Program-made: the position numbers and the translations under genes
Shown: in pieces, positions 14,407-26,679 of the stretch
Layout of the letters: every line of letters begins with the position of its first letter
How positions within the stretch are numbered: position 1 is the stretch's first letter
The notes under the pieces: model-generated
Database searches by the model: none
Told to the model about the DNA's origin: nothing
What the model saw: only the letters and a program-made list of their open reading frames with translations
Origin: Paecilomyces variotii
Lineage: Eukaryota
Strand: one strand, 5' to 3'
Assembly: GCA_004022145.1 (NCBI GenBank)
Contig: RCNU01000013.1
DNA: 64,000 bases

Positions 14407-16311
14407 ATGGAGGACATATTCGATGCCTCGAAAGTGACTAAGGTGGATGACGGCGATACCACATTACAGCCACATGCCTTCGACGGGGATCAACTTTCAT
14501 CTACTTTTGTGACTGCGGAAATTCCTGCCGATGTGACTGACTCTCTTGAGCACCCGGACGATGAATACCCTAGAGATGGCAGCGATGTGAACTATGGATA
14601 CAATTCTTCCTCTTCTTCTCGTCTTTCCGGTCGCGACTCGCTCGAAGATGACTTGAGTGATGACGCGCCTCATGTACAATCCGCAGCGTCTAGTCGTTCT
14701 TCGATTTCATCAATTCCTGAATCTGTCCTCATCCATCCGACGGATTATGCCCCGACGCCTACTACTTCGGACTCAAAAAGAACAGGCAATGGGCATGCTA
14801 CTGCCGATAGGGATTGGTCGGACAAGAGAGACGGGTCCATGAAATTCGTGCCTAAAGTTCGGGATCGCCAGCCAGCCTTCCGGAAACCGAGCTCAGTGAG
14901 AGCTATGCAAATGCATACCGAAGATGAGGATGAGGACTATCTCTCGCCGACCAGGCGCCGTGCCACTGGTTATAGCCCACGACATTCGGGAATGACACCA
15001 GTGAAGCGGTCACCTTGCCACTCGCCTTACGGTTCTGCGCATAAACCGAAGGTCAAGAAGGAATATCCGCTCGTATTGCTTCATTGCAACCTCCTGCCAC
15101 CTTCTCTTTCTCTTCCAGCTGGAATTGGAAATCCCACTTCTCAGATTCTTCAGGAGGTGCTGCCTCTGCGCTACTGGAAACGTTGGAAGTTACTAGAGGA
15201 AAAGGTCATCGGATCAGGAGTTCTTCGCGAACGCGGTGTCTTGATATCTCATCCGCAAGATGCTTATGATGTGTTGGAGGAGCGACTCCTAGAAAGCTTG
15301 GAGCTTGTGCATCCTAGACTGCGGAATGGACATTTCCTGAGTGGCGGGGGAGATGACACGGAGAAAGAAGACTCCGAGACTGATACAAAAATCGACGCTG
15401 AGAGTGAAGAGGGTGAAGAATGTCCCGACTGCGGTGGATGGGTAGTCGATCACAAAGACAGCGGTAGGAAATGGGAGATTAAGGTCTATGCGGCCAATGG
15501 CTTGATGCGCGCCGGGGCATGGGCTGCCGCCTGGAAGGAAATGGAGAAGGTGGACGTGGAAGTCAGTCTATGGCTCCCATCCAAAATAAGAAGGGAGCTG
15601 GAGAAGAGGTTTCTGGAGGAGCGTGCCAACCGCTCCGAGGAAGAGTTCCGCAATTCCGAGGAGGATAAGAGACGCATCGACCTTTATGCGGCAGCTCCGA
15701 CGCTTATTGACGGGTTTGACGATACTCCACGGTTCAATAACGAGCACTTCCATGTCCCGCAACCAAAGGATTTGCAGCAGAATCAGCAATCGCCCATCCC
15801 TCCTGGATATGATCCTAAGGCGGCCAGAGAAATCGACCTTCAAACCTTGTTGATCAATTATATTCGCATTCTCGCACGTGACAGGCGTAACCTCGTTATC
15901 GCTTTTCTGAGCGTGCTAGTCGTCTTTTTTGCATTTGGAGCTCATCCGGCCGGTCGAGAAGTCGCCCGCATTCAGACAGAAACCGTCCCTGTTGCCGCGG
16001 TCAGTGCAGCGCAATACTCTGCTGTGAGCTACACGCCCTCCTCCCAAGCCCAGCCTAAGATCGAAACTGTAGTCGAACCTGCGGTTCACGTCAAGTCAGA
16101 GGAACCCGTGGCTCAGGCCACTGCAGAACTGAGTGTCGTCTCTAGTCTATCTGTTTCCGAGAAAGTGGCTTCGAAAGACGATTATCCGGATCCAGTTCCG
16201 GCAGTTTTAGCCGTGGATTCTCCAGTTGAAGCTGGTATGGATCAAGTGGAGGTAGCTATCGAACCGCAACTCCTCGAGCCCGGCAAGGAATTGCTGTTGT
16301 TAGATGCTTAA
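14407..16311 (+). CDS. Uncharacterised fungal protein (634 aa) with disordered N-terminus, CxxC and one C-terminal hydrophobic helix
   Basis: Single long ORF with a globular-looking core (EYPLVLLHCNLLP, CPDCGG, WEIKVYAANGLMRAGAWAAAWKEME) and a hydrophobic segment LVIAFLSVLVVFFAFG. Confidence 0.8.
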   Translation: MEDIFDASKVTKVDDGDTTLQPHAFDGDQLSSTFVTAEIPADVTDSLEHPDDEYPRDGSDVNYGYNSSSSSRLSGRDSLEDDLSDDAPHVQSAASSRSSISSIPESVLIHPTDYAPTPTTSDSKRTGNGHATADRDWSDKRDGSMKFVPKVRDRQPAFRKPSSVRAMQMHTEDEDEDYLSPTRRRATGYSPRHSGMTPVKRSPCHSPYGSAHKPKVKKEYPLVLLHCNLLPPSLSLPAGIGNPTSQILQEVLPLRYWKRWKLLEEKVIGSGVLRERGVLISHPQDAYDVLEERLLESLELVHPRLRNGHFLSGGGDDTEKEDSETDTKIDAESEEGEECPDCGGWVVDHKDSGRKWEIKVYAANGLMRAGAWAAAWKEMEKVDVEVSLWLPSKIRRELEKRFLEERANRSEEEFRNSEEDKRRIDLYAAAPTLIDGFDDTPRFNNEHFHVPQPKDLQQNQQSPIPPGYDPKAAREIDLQTLLINYIRILARDRRNLVIAFLSVLVVFFAFGAHPAGREVARIQTETVPVAAVSAAQYSAVSYTPSSQAQPKIETVVEPAVHVKSEEPVAQATAELSVVSSLSVSEKVASKDDYPDPVPAVLAVDSPVEAGMDQVEVAIEPQLLEPGKELLLLDA

Positions 16312-16968
16312 AGTCCAACGACGACAGCAAGATAGATTTACGAATCTCGAACCTGAATACGCAATTTCCCACTATCTCTATTAATTTGCACATATGCCGG
16401 TGACAAGGTCTATGATATGAGCGATTTGTTGATGAAGGGTGATGTCAAATATCGAATGACTTTATGTTCTGGTGCTGTGGAGTTATCTCGTTGGAAGCAA
16501 GACTGTTTCAGAAATGTATGTAGTAGCGTTTAACGATAGTGAAAAGAGCTTTCTATGGAATTTCATCAAATTGAGTTGAACGGTATATGCAGAGTATATG
16601 CAGAGTATCTGTATATATCTTCTAGAATCTAGTCGCGGTACCCCTATAGCCAATATATCATCTCTGCAGCGGAGAGATTCACTCTATAAGAGTGAAGCTT
16701 CCAAGACCCTTGATGTAAACTTGCACACGAATATGGGAGGGTGGCTGGAGTATAGGAAACATGTGAGTGTCAAGTAGACTGTATTTGTAGCTTGCAAGGA
16801 GCCAAGATGGTTAGATCAGTAATGTATTTTTGATCTAACTCGCTTGCCAGCTTGGACTGCATAAGTACGTTACCAACAAAACAATCGATGTCGCAGAGCA
16901 TCCCACACCTCTCCTCTCAACGTTGCCCTCTTCCTGAAAGTGTCTTTCTTTCCTGCCCGTTAATCGCA

Positions 16969-18002
16969 ATGACTTCTGTTATCGAGCTCAAAGAGCGCAA
17001 CAAGGCTAACCGTCTCGCCCTCCGGAAGCTGGAAGCTCACGTTACTAGTCTCGAGAAATTCTCATTCCATCCAGCTAACCTGCAGAACGCCGCGATTAGC
17101 ATAATACCAGCCCCGTTCGAATGTCAGAATGGCAAACCCGAGTTCACTCCAAGTTTCTTTGCCCCCTACCCGAGTGATCTTCTGATGGCGCCCAAGGATG
17201 GATGGGTTCCGTTCGAGTTCCCCAAATACGACAGCGAACGGGCACAACGCCGTCATGAGACGCCCATCGACCGGGCGCGTCAACTTTGTTACTACCTCGA
17301 GCAGTCCCTGAGTGGGTACCGGAGTCGCTGTCCGGAAGTTCAATATCCCGTCTTTCTGATTTCGGGATGGCGCTATCAAGAGTATGTTTGACCTTCCCAT
17401 CTGCCGTCTCCTCGTGTCCTTTCTCTCATGGGTGTAATATAGCATCGGTGAGTATGGGTTTAAAAAAGACCTTTGGGAGTACGGTCTGCAGATCGGTATG
17501 GAAGATTCGAAGTGCCCTCCCCAGTGGACCGTCGACGCAGTTTACCATTACCACGACACAAAATTCCCGCATCTGAAGAGCATGATGATCTCTGATGTCG
17601 ATGGCGATTATGAGATGTTGTTCCGAGGGGAACTTCTCGCTTTGATCAGGATGATCCGGGGGCGTCTGGAGACAAAAAGATTTGCTAGATATCCTGTCCA
17701 CCCGGTAGGTTCCTACCTCACATAGACTCGGGGATAACCGTCTTGATCAGTCTTGATCTTTCCTGTAAAAAAAGCCGTCCTGCCAGGCCGCTCGTTGCTA
17801 ACTGCTTTTCGAACCATAGGTACTCCTCTTCTCCATGATGGGCACACAACACGCGCGGATCCTCCAGGCCCATTTCAATGGTACTGAGCTGGTTATCCAT
17901 CACAGCAAATTCTATGACTTCCGATACGAGGATGCTGTTCTCTTGGAGTTGTTTGCGCAGTGGTTTATCAGCTCTCCGGTAGGCGAGACTGAGCCGGAGT
18001 AA
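16969..18002 (+). CDS. Uncharacterised 3-exon protein (gene A); distant paralog of the gene at 28875-30122
   Basis: Introns 17382-17442 and 17705-17819 join an open frame ending VLLFSMMGTQHARILQAHFNGTELVIHHSKFYDF...SSPVGETEPE*. Confidence 0.75.
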
Positions 18003-18416
18003 TGAGTTCTTACTTACTCGGTGGGATAACGGCATACCTGGGAGGCGTTTTGGTTGTGTCTTTTTTCGATAGGATATTATTTCGGTGGCTATAAGTTATA
18101 TGTATATCGCGACGGTATTGTTCTTCGCTTTCAGCCTCTTATTCTTTCTTTTTTGGATATACAGCAGCAAGGCCCCAGATAGGTACCTTCTACCCTTGCT
18201 ATTTATCTGACCCGAGTACCAGTTCCGCACCTAAAGTACCGCTGTGCATGCGGCATATGTTCCTATACCATACCCAAGCTCTGTAATCCCGGGTTGGGCG
18301 CTAAGGGTGTGGATATACTGTTAGATCTTAAGGCATCTAGGTATACCATAAAGTTTTAGTCGATATTAGCTCTAAATAGGCTCTTAAGCTTAAATCCTAT
18401 AATTTTTATATAAGTA

Positions 18417-18762
18417 CAGTAAAACCTGGATATAACGAATCATTTTAGCCAGGTAGTGTAATTCGTTGTATAGAGGATTCGTTATATAAAAAGTGGGTCT
18501 GTATTAGTAATATTGGTATGGGCAGTGAAATTTTCGAAAAAATTACCCTAATAGGAAATTGTCAATGAGGTAATCACTGACTAATAAGGTAAATTTGTAC
18601 CTTTGTATAACGAATTGTATAGAAAAGGCCTGAAAAAATTAACGAATTTCGTAGTAGGGAGGAATAACGAATTTTGTATAGGATTTTGATTTTGACACGG
18701 TTTCAAATTCGTTATGTCGAGGTATTCGTTATACCCGGGTTCGTTATAGCCAGGTTTTACTG
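18417..18762. mobile_element. 346-bp non-autonomous MITE, pogo/Tc1-mariner superfamily
   Basis: 23-bp TIRs CAGTAAAACCTGG(A/C)TATAACGAA with one mismatch, TA on both flanks (18415-16, 18763-64), repeated internal TAACGAAT/ATTCGTTA motifs, and no ORF. Confidence 0.92.
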
Positions 18763-18810
18763 TATTAATCTATTTAATAAGGGTATTAGGTATATATTTT
18801 ATTACTTATC

Positions 18811-20390
18811 ATAGTAGACCATCTGGATACGGTGTGCGGAAATGATCAAAACATTGGCCTTGCCTATATTTACTTCAATTTTCGGCGCTCTCACAAGCAG
18901 CGACTGGAAGATGTGCTCGAGAGTCTGCTGAAACAGTTGACTCAAGGACGACCATCTCTACTAGATCGGGTGAAGGCACTGTATCATCAGCACTATGAGG
19001 GCGGAAGACCAAGTGACTTTTCAAACGCCCTACAAACTGTTATCAGCGGGTACATGAAGGTATTCATCATCGTTGATGCGCTGGATGAATGCCAGTCGAC
19101 AGACAGGTCTCGTGACCGGCACCTGAAAATTTCGAACTTCAAGCCCGGTTTAACATTAGCTTCTTTGCCACGGCTCGATCTATACCAGGAATTAAGACGA
19201 GATTTGAAGGAATACCTTCTCTGGAGATTAGAGCGAGTCGTTATGACGCTGAGAAATACCTACAGGGCATTGTTGGTCGACTTCCGCGGTTTGTCTCACA
19301 GAATGCCAAACTGCAAGAAGAAATTATCCAGGTTATCACAGATGCGGTGGATGGGATGTAGGTTACTCTGGTCAATGGGGTCTTTGAACAAGCTAATTTA
19401 CCTTTAGGTTCTTTCGCGCTTGGCTCTCCATCTTGACTCATTAATCGGGAAACGGTCTCCTAAAACCACTCGAAACGCATTGAAGAGCCTTCCAACTGGG
19501 TTGCGCGCATATTATTTTGCGTACCGAGATGCCATAGAACGGATTCAGGGGCAGGTATCTGACCAAAAAGAGATGGCATTTCATGTGTTGTCGTGGATCA
19601 GTTGCGCCGAGCGACAGACGACAGCTTCAGGACTGCAACACGCACTTGCAGTCGAGGTTGGCGAACCAACCCTTGACAAGGATGATCTTCCTGAAGTAGA
19701 AGATATGATCTCTGTCTGCGCAGGATTGGTCGTGGTGGATGAACAAAGTGATACCTGATATGTTCGACTCGTTTACTATACAACACACAGGAATATTTCG
19801 AGAAAACAAACAGGCAAAGACTGGGTCGCCGATGCTCATCAAGAGATAGCTAAGATTTGCATCTCTCATTTATCACTTGATGACTTCAACGCCGGATTTT
19901 GCAGCACGGGTGAGGAGTTTGAAGCTCGTCAAGAACACTACCGATTGCAGTACTCTAAAGCAGCCCGTTACTGATGCAATCAATATTGATTCTGAACTTT
20001 CTGCAGAATCTACCAAAGGTTATTATTAAGTAATGCCTGTGGCTAGGGTCTGCTAGCTCGAAAAAACTACGGCAGGATCGGTTTCAGGGTTCACTACATC
20101 CAGGCACCGAAACAAATCACGGGCCATCATTTTGTGGCACACTTCGGCTTGGAATGTCTGACGCAGATGTTAATCGAGTGTGATGGTCGATTTGATAGAG
20201 AAGATGAGCGTGGTCGAACACCACTGTCATGGACAGCATTAAAGGGTGTCTCCTACTGAAGTATGGAACTGATCCTGACTCTAAGGATAATATTTATCAA
20301 ACACCTCTGGACAATCGCCGCAGACTTCGGTCATGAGGCTATAATCAAGCTCCTACTGGAGCACGGAGCTGACCCGGAAGCTAGGCGACT
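18811..20390 (+). pseudogene. NACHT-ankyrin (fungal NLR-like) pseudogene
   Basis: IGLAYIYFNFR, Walker B VFIIVDALDEC, LALHLDSL, LQHALAVE, ISVCAGLVVVDE, YYTTQEYF, then ankyrin remnants (RGRTPLSW; ADFGHEAIIKLLLEHGADPEAR). Frameshifts and stops are present, and no Walker A is readable. Confidence 0.85.
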
Positions 20391-21620
20391 CGGGCTTTAG
20401 CATGGATGAGACTAATCGAGATTCGAACCTTGGTTCGAGGCCTGAGCTTCGGAAACGCCAAACGCTAAGTATGTATAGCCGCTAAGGAACGCCTGGAGAA
20501 GTTGCAAGATCAAGATTGGACTTAGATCGCCCTTGTGGGAACTCAATTATTGATTCCTGCTGTACCAGAGCCAGTCCGGGATCCCACATTAACAAGCCAC
20601 CGAATTCTGCCCCTCCGACTAGTGAATTCCCGGATACTCGGGTTCGCAGGGATCGCCCATAGTTAATTGTTTGTCGGACCCAACAACAGAAGCGGGAATT
20701 TGGAATTTGTTGGGCTGCAGCGGTGTTGCGCCGTCCAACGTTCCGTGTTTTTCTGTCTTGACTCTGGGGTTTGATCTCTATTTGTATCGCAAGTTGCAGC
20801 CCCGAGTCCAGGGTACCCTATTATTCAAGAGAAGTGGACACTTTCAGTCTCACCTCTAGCACCAGATCTCCAGGGTCTAACTAGGTAAGAAATGTACGCA
20901 ATCGGAGACCCGGTTTCGTTTTTTCCAATAGATCCCTTGCAGCCTCGTCGGGGTCTCACGGAGATGGCTGAAGCTGACTATTCGCGTAACATAACTTTCA
21001 GCATTTGTTATCACGAACAATAAGAAAGTGCAAGTGCATTTTCTGAGCTCCGCTCTGACAATTGGAACGTATTATTAGTGAACTTCACGGCTGGCTGAAC
21101 ACGCTAGTTATACCCATCTTCTAGTTCTTCTGGGCTGGACCATATCCCGTCAGCTATGAACTGTTCACCGACTGCATGCTATTTCCGGCTCTATGGGGGC
21201 CTTTTACAATCTTGCTGATCTGTCTCTGACAGATACGAGCGTCCGTGTGCGCCCAACTGGCATCAGTCACTCCTGTCGTGGGACGCCTAATGGGCGTTGA
21301 CATTCCGTTGGCTTGGACTTTTATCTGTCACTATGCGCTTGTCCAAGGCTGAACACTCAACATGCCACATGGTACTCCGTACATCGTGCATGTAAGGCCG
21401 ACTCTCGGTCGATCACCTGTCTATGTAGACTAGCCACGAGCTGATAATACATAGGTCTTCCAAGTGGAGAGATGGGCCGACGACGGTGCCCACTATGGAT
21501 ATAGACGGCCGAAGGAGACTGGAAAGGTTCCCCCCTTGAGCTCATGTACATAAATCATGAAAGCCTTCCCGATCCTTTCGTTATTGACCTAAACGAAAGC
21601 TTCACGACATCGCCGCCGCA

Positions 21621-23580
21621 ATGGGTAACTCAGGGATCTCCGGCGGTATGCTGTTCCTGCTGTCTCTGCTCGGGCTCCTGCATTGGGTCCACGCCGTACC
21701 GACCCTGTCTGCGAATGTGTCTGCGACTGCACGAACCCCTGTGCAGTTTGCAATCACATTGACGCAGTCGGAGGTATACCATGATGGCTTCAAGAGGCCG
21801 GGTGGTATTTTGATGAATGGTCAATTCCCCGGTCCGATGTTGGAACTGCGTCAAGGAGATGATGTCGAATTCACGGTTTGGAATCTTCTGCCGTATGCGA
21901 CTACGGTTCATTTCCACGGTGGGTATTTTCACATTTCCACATGGTTGTCATGGTCGTGTGTAGAGCTCTGACGTTGCAAAAGGAATCGATCAGCTAGGTA
22001 CCCCGTGGTCCGATGGTGTGCCGGGTGTGTCGCAGAAAGGCATCCAGCCCGGAGAATTCTTCGTATACAAGTGGACAGCGACCCAGTATGGAAGCTACTT
22101 TTACCATGCACATGAAAGAAGCCATATTGAAGATGGCCTTGTTGGTCCTATATACATCAAGCCGGCCGACTCCGTGGAGAGGCCCTTTGCGCTGATCAGC
22201 AACGACTCAAACGAGCTCGAGGCCATGCGGAAGGCAGAGGAAAATACAAGACCACTTGTGCTAAGTGACTGGCGCCACTTGCCCTCCGAGCAGGTTTGGC
22301 AGGCAGAAGAAGCCACTGGGCTTGACGCATTCTGTGCCAGTTCGCTCTTGATCAACGGAAAGGGGTCCGTTAACTGCTTGTCGCGAGCGACAATTGATGA
22401 GTTTACATCTCCTGCGCTGAAACAGCTGCTTAATGGCACTCAGTTGACCGATATGGGGTGTGTACTGAACAGTTTTGTGGGGGTGTGAGTAAATCAAGCT
22501 GATTGAATTACGTCTAGATGCATTCCTCCAACTATCGTCGCTACTCAAGGCCCATACCCGCATAACTTCAGTGCTATACCACCTGGTCTATTCTCTGGTT
22601 GTGAACCTACGGAAGGCAGTACGGAGATTCTTACTGTTGATCCCCATGATGGTTATGTAAGCTGGGATCTTATCGGAGCGAACAGTCTGTTGAATATTGC
22701 CTTCTCCATCGACGAACACCCTATGTACATATATGCCGTCGATGGTCGATACGTCGAGCCGCAGCTCGTGGACGCTGTGACAATCACGAATGGTCGACGA
22801 TTCTCGGTGCTCGTGAAGTTGGACAAGCCGGCTGGAGACTACACAGTCCGTTTTGTTGTCAATGGTCTCAGCCAAATGATGAATGGCAGCGCTATCCTGA
22901 CGTACGTCAACGCAGTGAAAACACAGAGCGGACCGTCTGAGCCATACATCAATCTCGTCGGATCCAATGCCACTGCAGACGTCACTTTCCAGAACGAGTC
23001 TGCGATGGTTCCCTTCCCTGTCGAGACACCTGCACAGACCGCTGATCAAACCTTCATCCTGAGTCTCAATCACTACAATGCTTCATATCGCTGGACACTC
23101 GGAAACAGCAGCTACCCGCTATCTTTGGAGGAATCGCAACCACTCCTCTTCTACCCAGACTCCCCAGCAGCTTACAATGACCTGACCATCCGCACCAAGA
23201 ACGGCACCTGGGTCGATTTCATCTTCAATGTGACCGGGCCTGTCCAGCCTCCACACCCTATTCACAAGCATTCTAATAAATTCTTCCTTCTCGGGTCCGG
23301 AGAAGGTGCATGGACCTACGCCTCCGTCAGTGAGGCAATGCAGCACATCCCGCACAGTCTGAACCTCAAAAACCCGCCTTTGCTAGACACATCTTACACA
23401 CCCGCTGCGGCGACGGGACCAACATGGATGGCGATCCGCTACCAGGTAACGAACCCCGGTGCATTCCTCATGCATTGCCACATCCAAGTGCATCAGAGCG
23501 GCGGGATGGCTCTTGCGATCCTGGACGGTGTAGACGCATGGCCGACTATACCGCTTGAATATCAACTTCATTCGTTGTAA
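21621..23580 (+). CDS. Secreted multicopper oxidase / laccase (resembles the pigment-type Abr2/yA group)
   Basis: Hydrophobic signal peptide; copper motifs TVHFHG, YFYHAH, HPIHKH and MHCHIQVHQSGGM (Met axial ligand); two introns. Confidence 0.92.
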
Positions 23581-25034
23581 AGATTTTTGAGCATCTAATT
23601 TCATTTCCTTCTTCTTTTTGGGTCTATATCTCTGCATTCACCACCTGCATTGACCTGTCGATACTCACTGCGAGTTTGGGTTCATGATAACTCATTTTGT
23701 TTTGGCGTACATCTCTTGAGAACATAATGGTATCTAATGAACTGCATTGTGACATTCCCATTTACGGTATGGATATAGCTATGTAACGTACAAAACCAGA
23801 TGATATATACTTAAGAATCCACGTCTATTATTGCGGATTGACTATGAATATATTTCTGCATGATAGCTCCAAACAGTAGATATTCCCATCTGACCTCTCG
23901 TTAACCCGGCATTCACGGCGCCGCAGTATGATTCGAGGGTCCCATAATACCAACTATTCACCGTTCTATTCATTGTTTGGCACCTCTCGAGTCTTGTTCA
24001 ATCGATCCGCTCTCTTTACCCCTCTTCCATCTTCTAGCTGCTCTTTATTCTATTTGATTTCTTCTTCCACACTCTGTACGTAGAAGAGAACATCTGTTAG
24101 AAACATTACTCGCGCTCAGAGAATTTATAAGACTGAATTTGACACTCTTGCTAATAGGAAGATACGAAGGATATCTTCTTCACGAGAGACACAACACCAA
24201 GTAAGAATCTATCCCTTATATCGTTGATACTAGCTAATTTAAGAAAAATAGAGAAAACATGGTTAAAGCTGCAAGTATACTTTAACTGTAATCTTTATAA
24301 TGCCTATAAGTATAGCATACTTGTTGGTATTGCGACCAGCGTGGGCATATACATGCATCTGGTTGTTCGATTTGCTCGAACAGTAGGTGATCTGGCGTCG
24401 CTTGGTAAATAAAGAAGCTGTATAGTTAACTAGTAACCAAACAAAGCAGACAGATACAAGTCCTCTTTCTCGTCTCCCTACGCTCTTTATTTACTACTCT
24501 TTAACCTTCACTGCTCTTGAAGCTTCATTGCTTTTACAATATTAAAGAATCATTTTGCTCCAAGCCTGTCTCTCTTCAGCTAAAATCTCTTCTATCATGG
24601 CATTTGCTTTACAACAGCTCCAAGCCGATATTTCGGCCTATGGCCCCCCTGACCATATGATTCGCACCACTTCTTTGGTAAGTCTGGATCAAACGAGCCC
24701 AGATTCAAGGACTAATATGAGGCACTCGCTTATTAGTGACGACGAGATCCTCTCCTCCCGGTTCCAGTAGGTTCTGGCAAAAACACTGTACTTGACAGTA
24801 CTCGCAGATCAAAAACCTTCTATGTTTACACGGCCCAATGCCCCCTCCGCCTCGGAACAGCTATGCTTTTACAACAACTTGTATTTCATTTTCAACTACG
24901 TCGAAGCAGTTAAAACATCCCAACTTAAAACTCGATTATATTAGATTTTATAAAAAAAGGCACTTTATTTATGACGCCTCCTTAGACAGAAAGGGCGATA
25001 ATAATTAATTTCAAAATGAACAAAATGCCTATCT

Positions 25035-25074
25035 TGAATTTTTCCTTGTCAATATGAATTTTTCCTTGTCAATA
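25035..25074. repeat. Perfect 20-bp tandem duplication
   Basis: TGAATTTTTCCTTGTCAATA occurs twice in tandem. Confidence 0.9.
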
Positions 25075-25198
25075 TACAAAGACCTCAAGCTCACAAAAGG
25101 AAGTAAGTTTCAAAACCTCGACGAATCTTTCCTATCATGGAAAAGACGTAGATATACTGATGTGATTCTCTGCTGAGTAAGAATCCCTTTCCAAAAAC

Positions 25199-25931
25199 AT
25201 GGAAGATCTGAACTTGACCAGCGCGCGTTTGAAAAAAAAAAAAAAAGGAATACTTCCTCCAAGAAAGTCCGAGATGGTTACGAATGAAAGTCTTTTGATT
25301 ACTTCAAACACGGCATCGCCTACGACAAATATCATTCGCCAGTTCATGTCCTATGTTGCAGACGGGGCACAAGGCTACTCAGAAAATGGCAAGATGTCGA
25401 GACGTACCGCGATTAATTATACTGCGTCGCTCTTCGGAGCAATATCTTACTGCAACAAGGGCCTTGATAAAGAGATCCAGCAACAAGTTCTGCTATGGAT
25501 CGAGAACATTCTGACTACAGAGTTAGAACTCAATAAGCGTTTGGTTATCTCGAAATCAACTGTTTATCGCGAGGACGTGTCATTGATAATACGAAACCTT
25601 TAACTATTCCCCGCTAGACATCCGCTGACTATTATCGATACGTGTTATTCTAGCTATTTGTATATTCATCAATTTGATGCTCGCTGCCTGCGGCAGAATA
25701 TACGAGATCACGTCGACAGAGAGGTATCCGAACCAGTACCTTCGATAAAAGGACTTAGATATTTACGCGTTCAATCGCAATGGAACCAATAGCCTCTTAG
25801 CGACTCTTAGGGTGTCTGGCCTGAGATGGAAGGACCGGACAGAAAACTACCAGGAGTTTATTATGAATTTGTTGCCTGCTCACATGTGGCCGGAGGATAG
25901 CATTGGCTGTCATCATTTGGGTTATACCTGA
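25199..25931 (+). pseudogene. Degenerate tyrosine recombinase resembling a Starship captain (DUF3435-type), 3'-truncated
   Basis: Frame 1: SPTTNIIRQFMSYVADGAQG...QVLLWIENILTTELEL...TVYREDVSLIIRNL*. After a frameshift, from 25641: RVILAICIFINLMLAACGRIYEI...YPNQYLR*KDLDIYAF...EFIMNLLPAHMWPEDS. GRIYEI fits the box-I catalytic Arg motif. Confidence 0.72.
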
Positions 25932-26679
25932 AAAGTCGTGAAAAGAACAAGTGCCGAAAGATATGAATGCTGAAATGATCCAGGTCAAAATCAATACCTT
26001 TCATTTTACAACGTCCGCGCCAGAAGGCTCCGTAAGTATTCAAGCCCGCTGCGTCCAGCTTGGAAGAGGTGACGCTTTTTACTTATTTCAAATATGTGAG
26101 ACATTGATAATCAAAACACCCACTCAAGCGCACGAAAAAGCTCAATGTCTAGTGGCGTTGCAGAATTAGGAGGTATGTGCCCCATGGTCGAGGTAGATGC
26201 GTCTCTGCATGAACTGTTGGTCTGACGACTCCCCAGTTCGCAAGCATGCCCTCCTACCATCGACGCCTCGCCAGACTAGCACAGGCCCTTCGCGATGATT
26301 ACAGTCTTTACATTCGCCCATTCTTCCTGTTCGAAGATATCACGGGGGCAGTGAGTATAACATACGGGGAGATCGTGTCGATGTTGTTGGACAAGTTCTG
26401 GATGGAAAACTAGAGGCTGAGGCTTCATTTGGGCACAAGATTCACTTCGAATTACAATCCATGAGCTTTGCTCATCTAGAGCTTTCCCCAACCAACGCTG
26501 TAACAGTGAGATCTGACATACGACATACATACATTGAAGCTGGTGATAGTAGCAGTTTTCTCATCACGGTGGGATTCTGGGAGTAATAATCATCACTAAA
26601 TTTCCTCTATGAGAGTAGCTGTATTTGCATCGATAGACGTCCGGATTTGTTCGAAGTACTCGGTACTCAATTCACGAGG

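Noticed and set aside
18430-18750. Regularly recurring short repeat that could suggest a CRISPR-like array
   Set aside because: Eukaryotic context, 8-bp motifs in both orientations and irregular spacing; explained as MITE subterminal repeats.
20405-20440. GGTTCGAATC on the minus strand resembling a tRNA T-loop
   Set aside because: The flanking bases do not form a T-stem, and no cloverleaf or A-box is visible.
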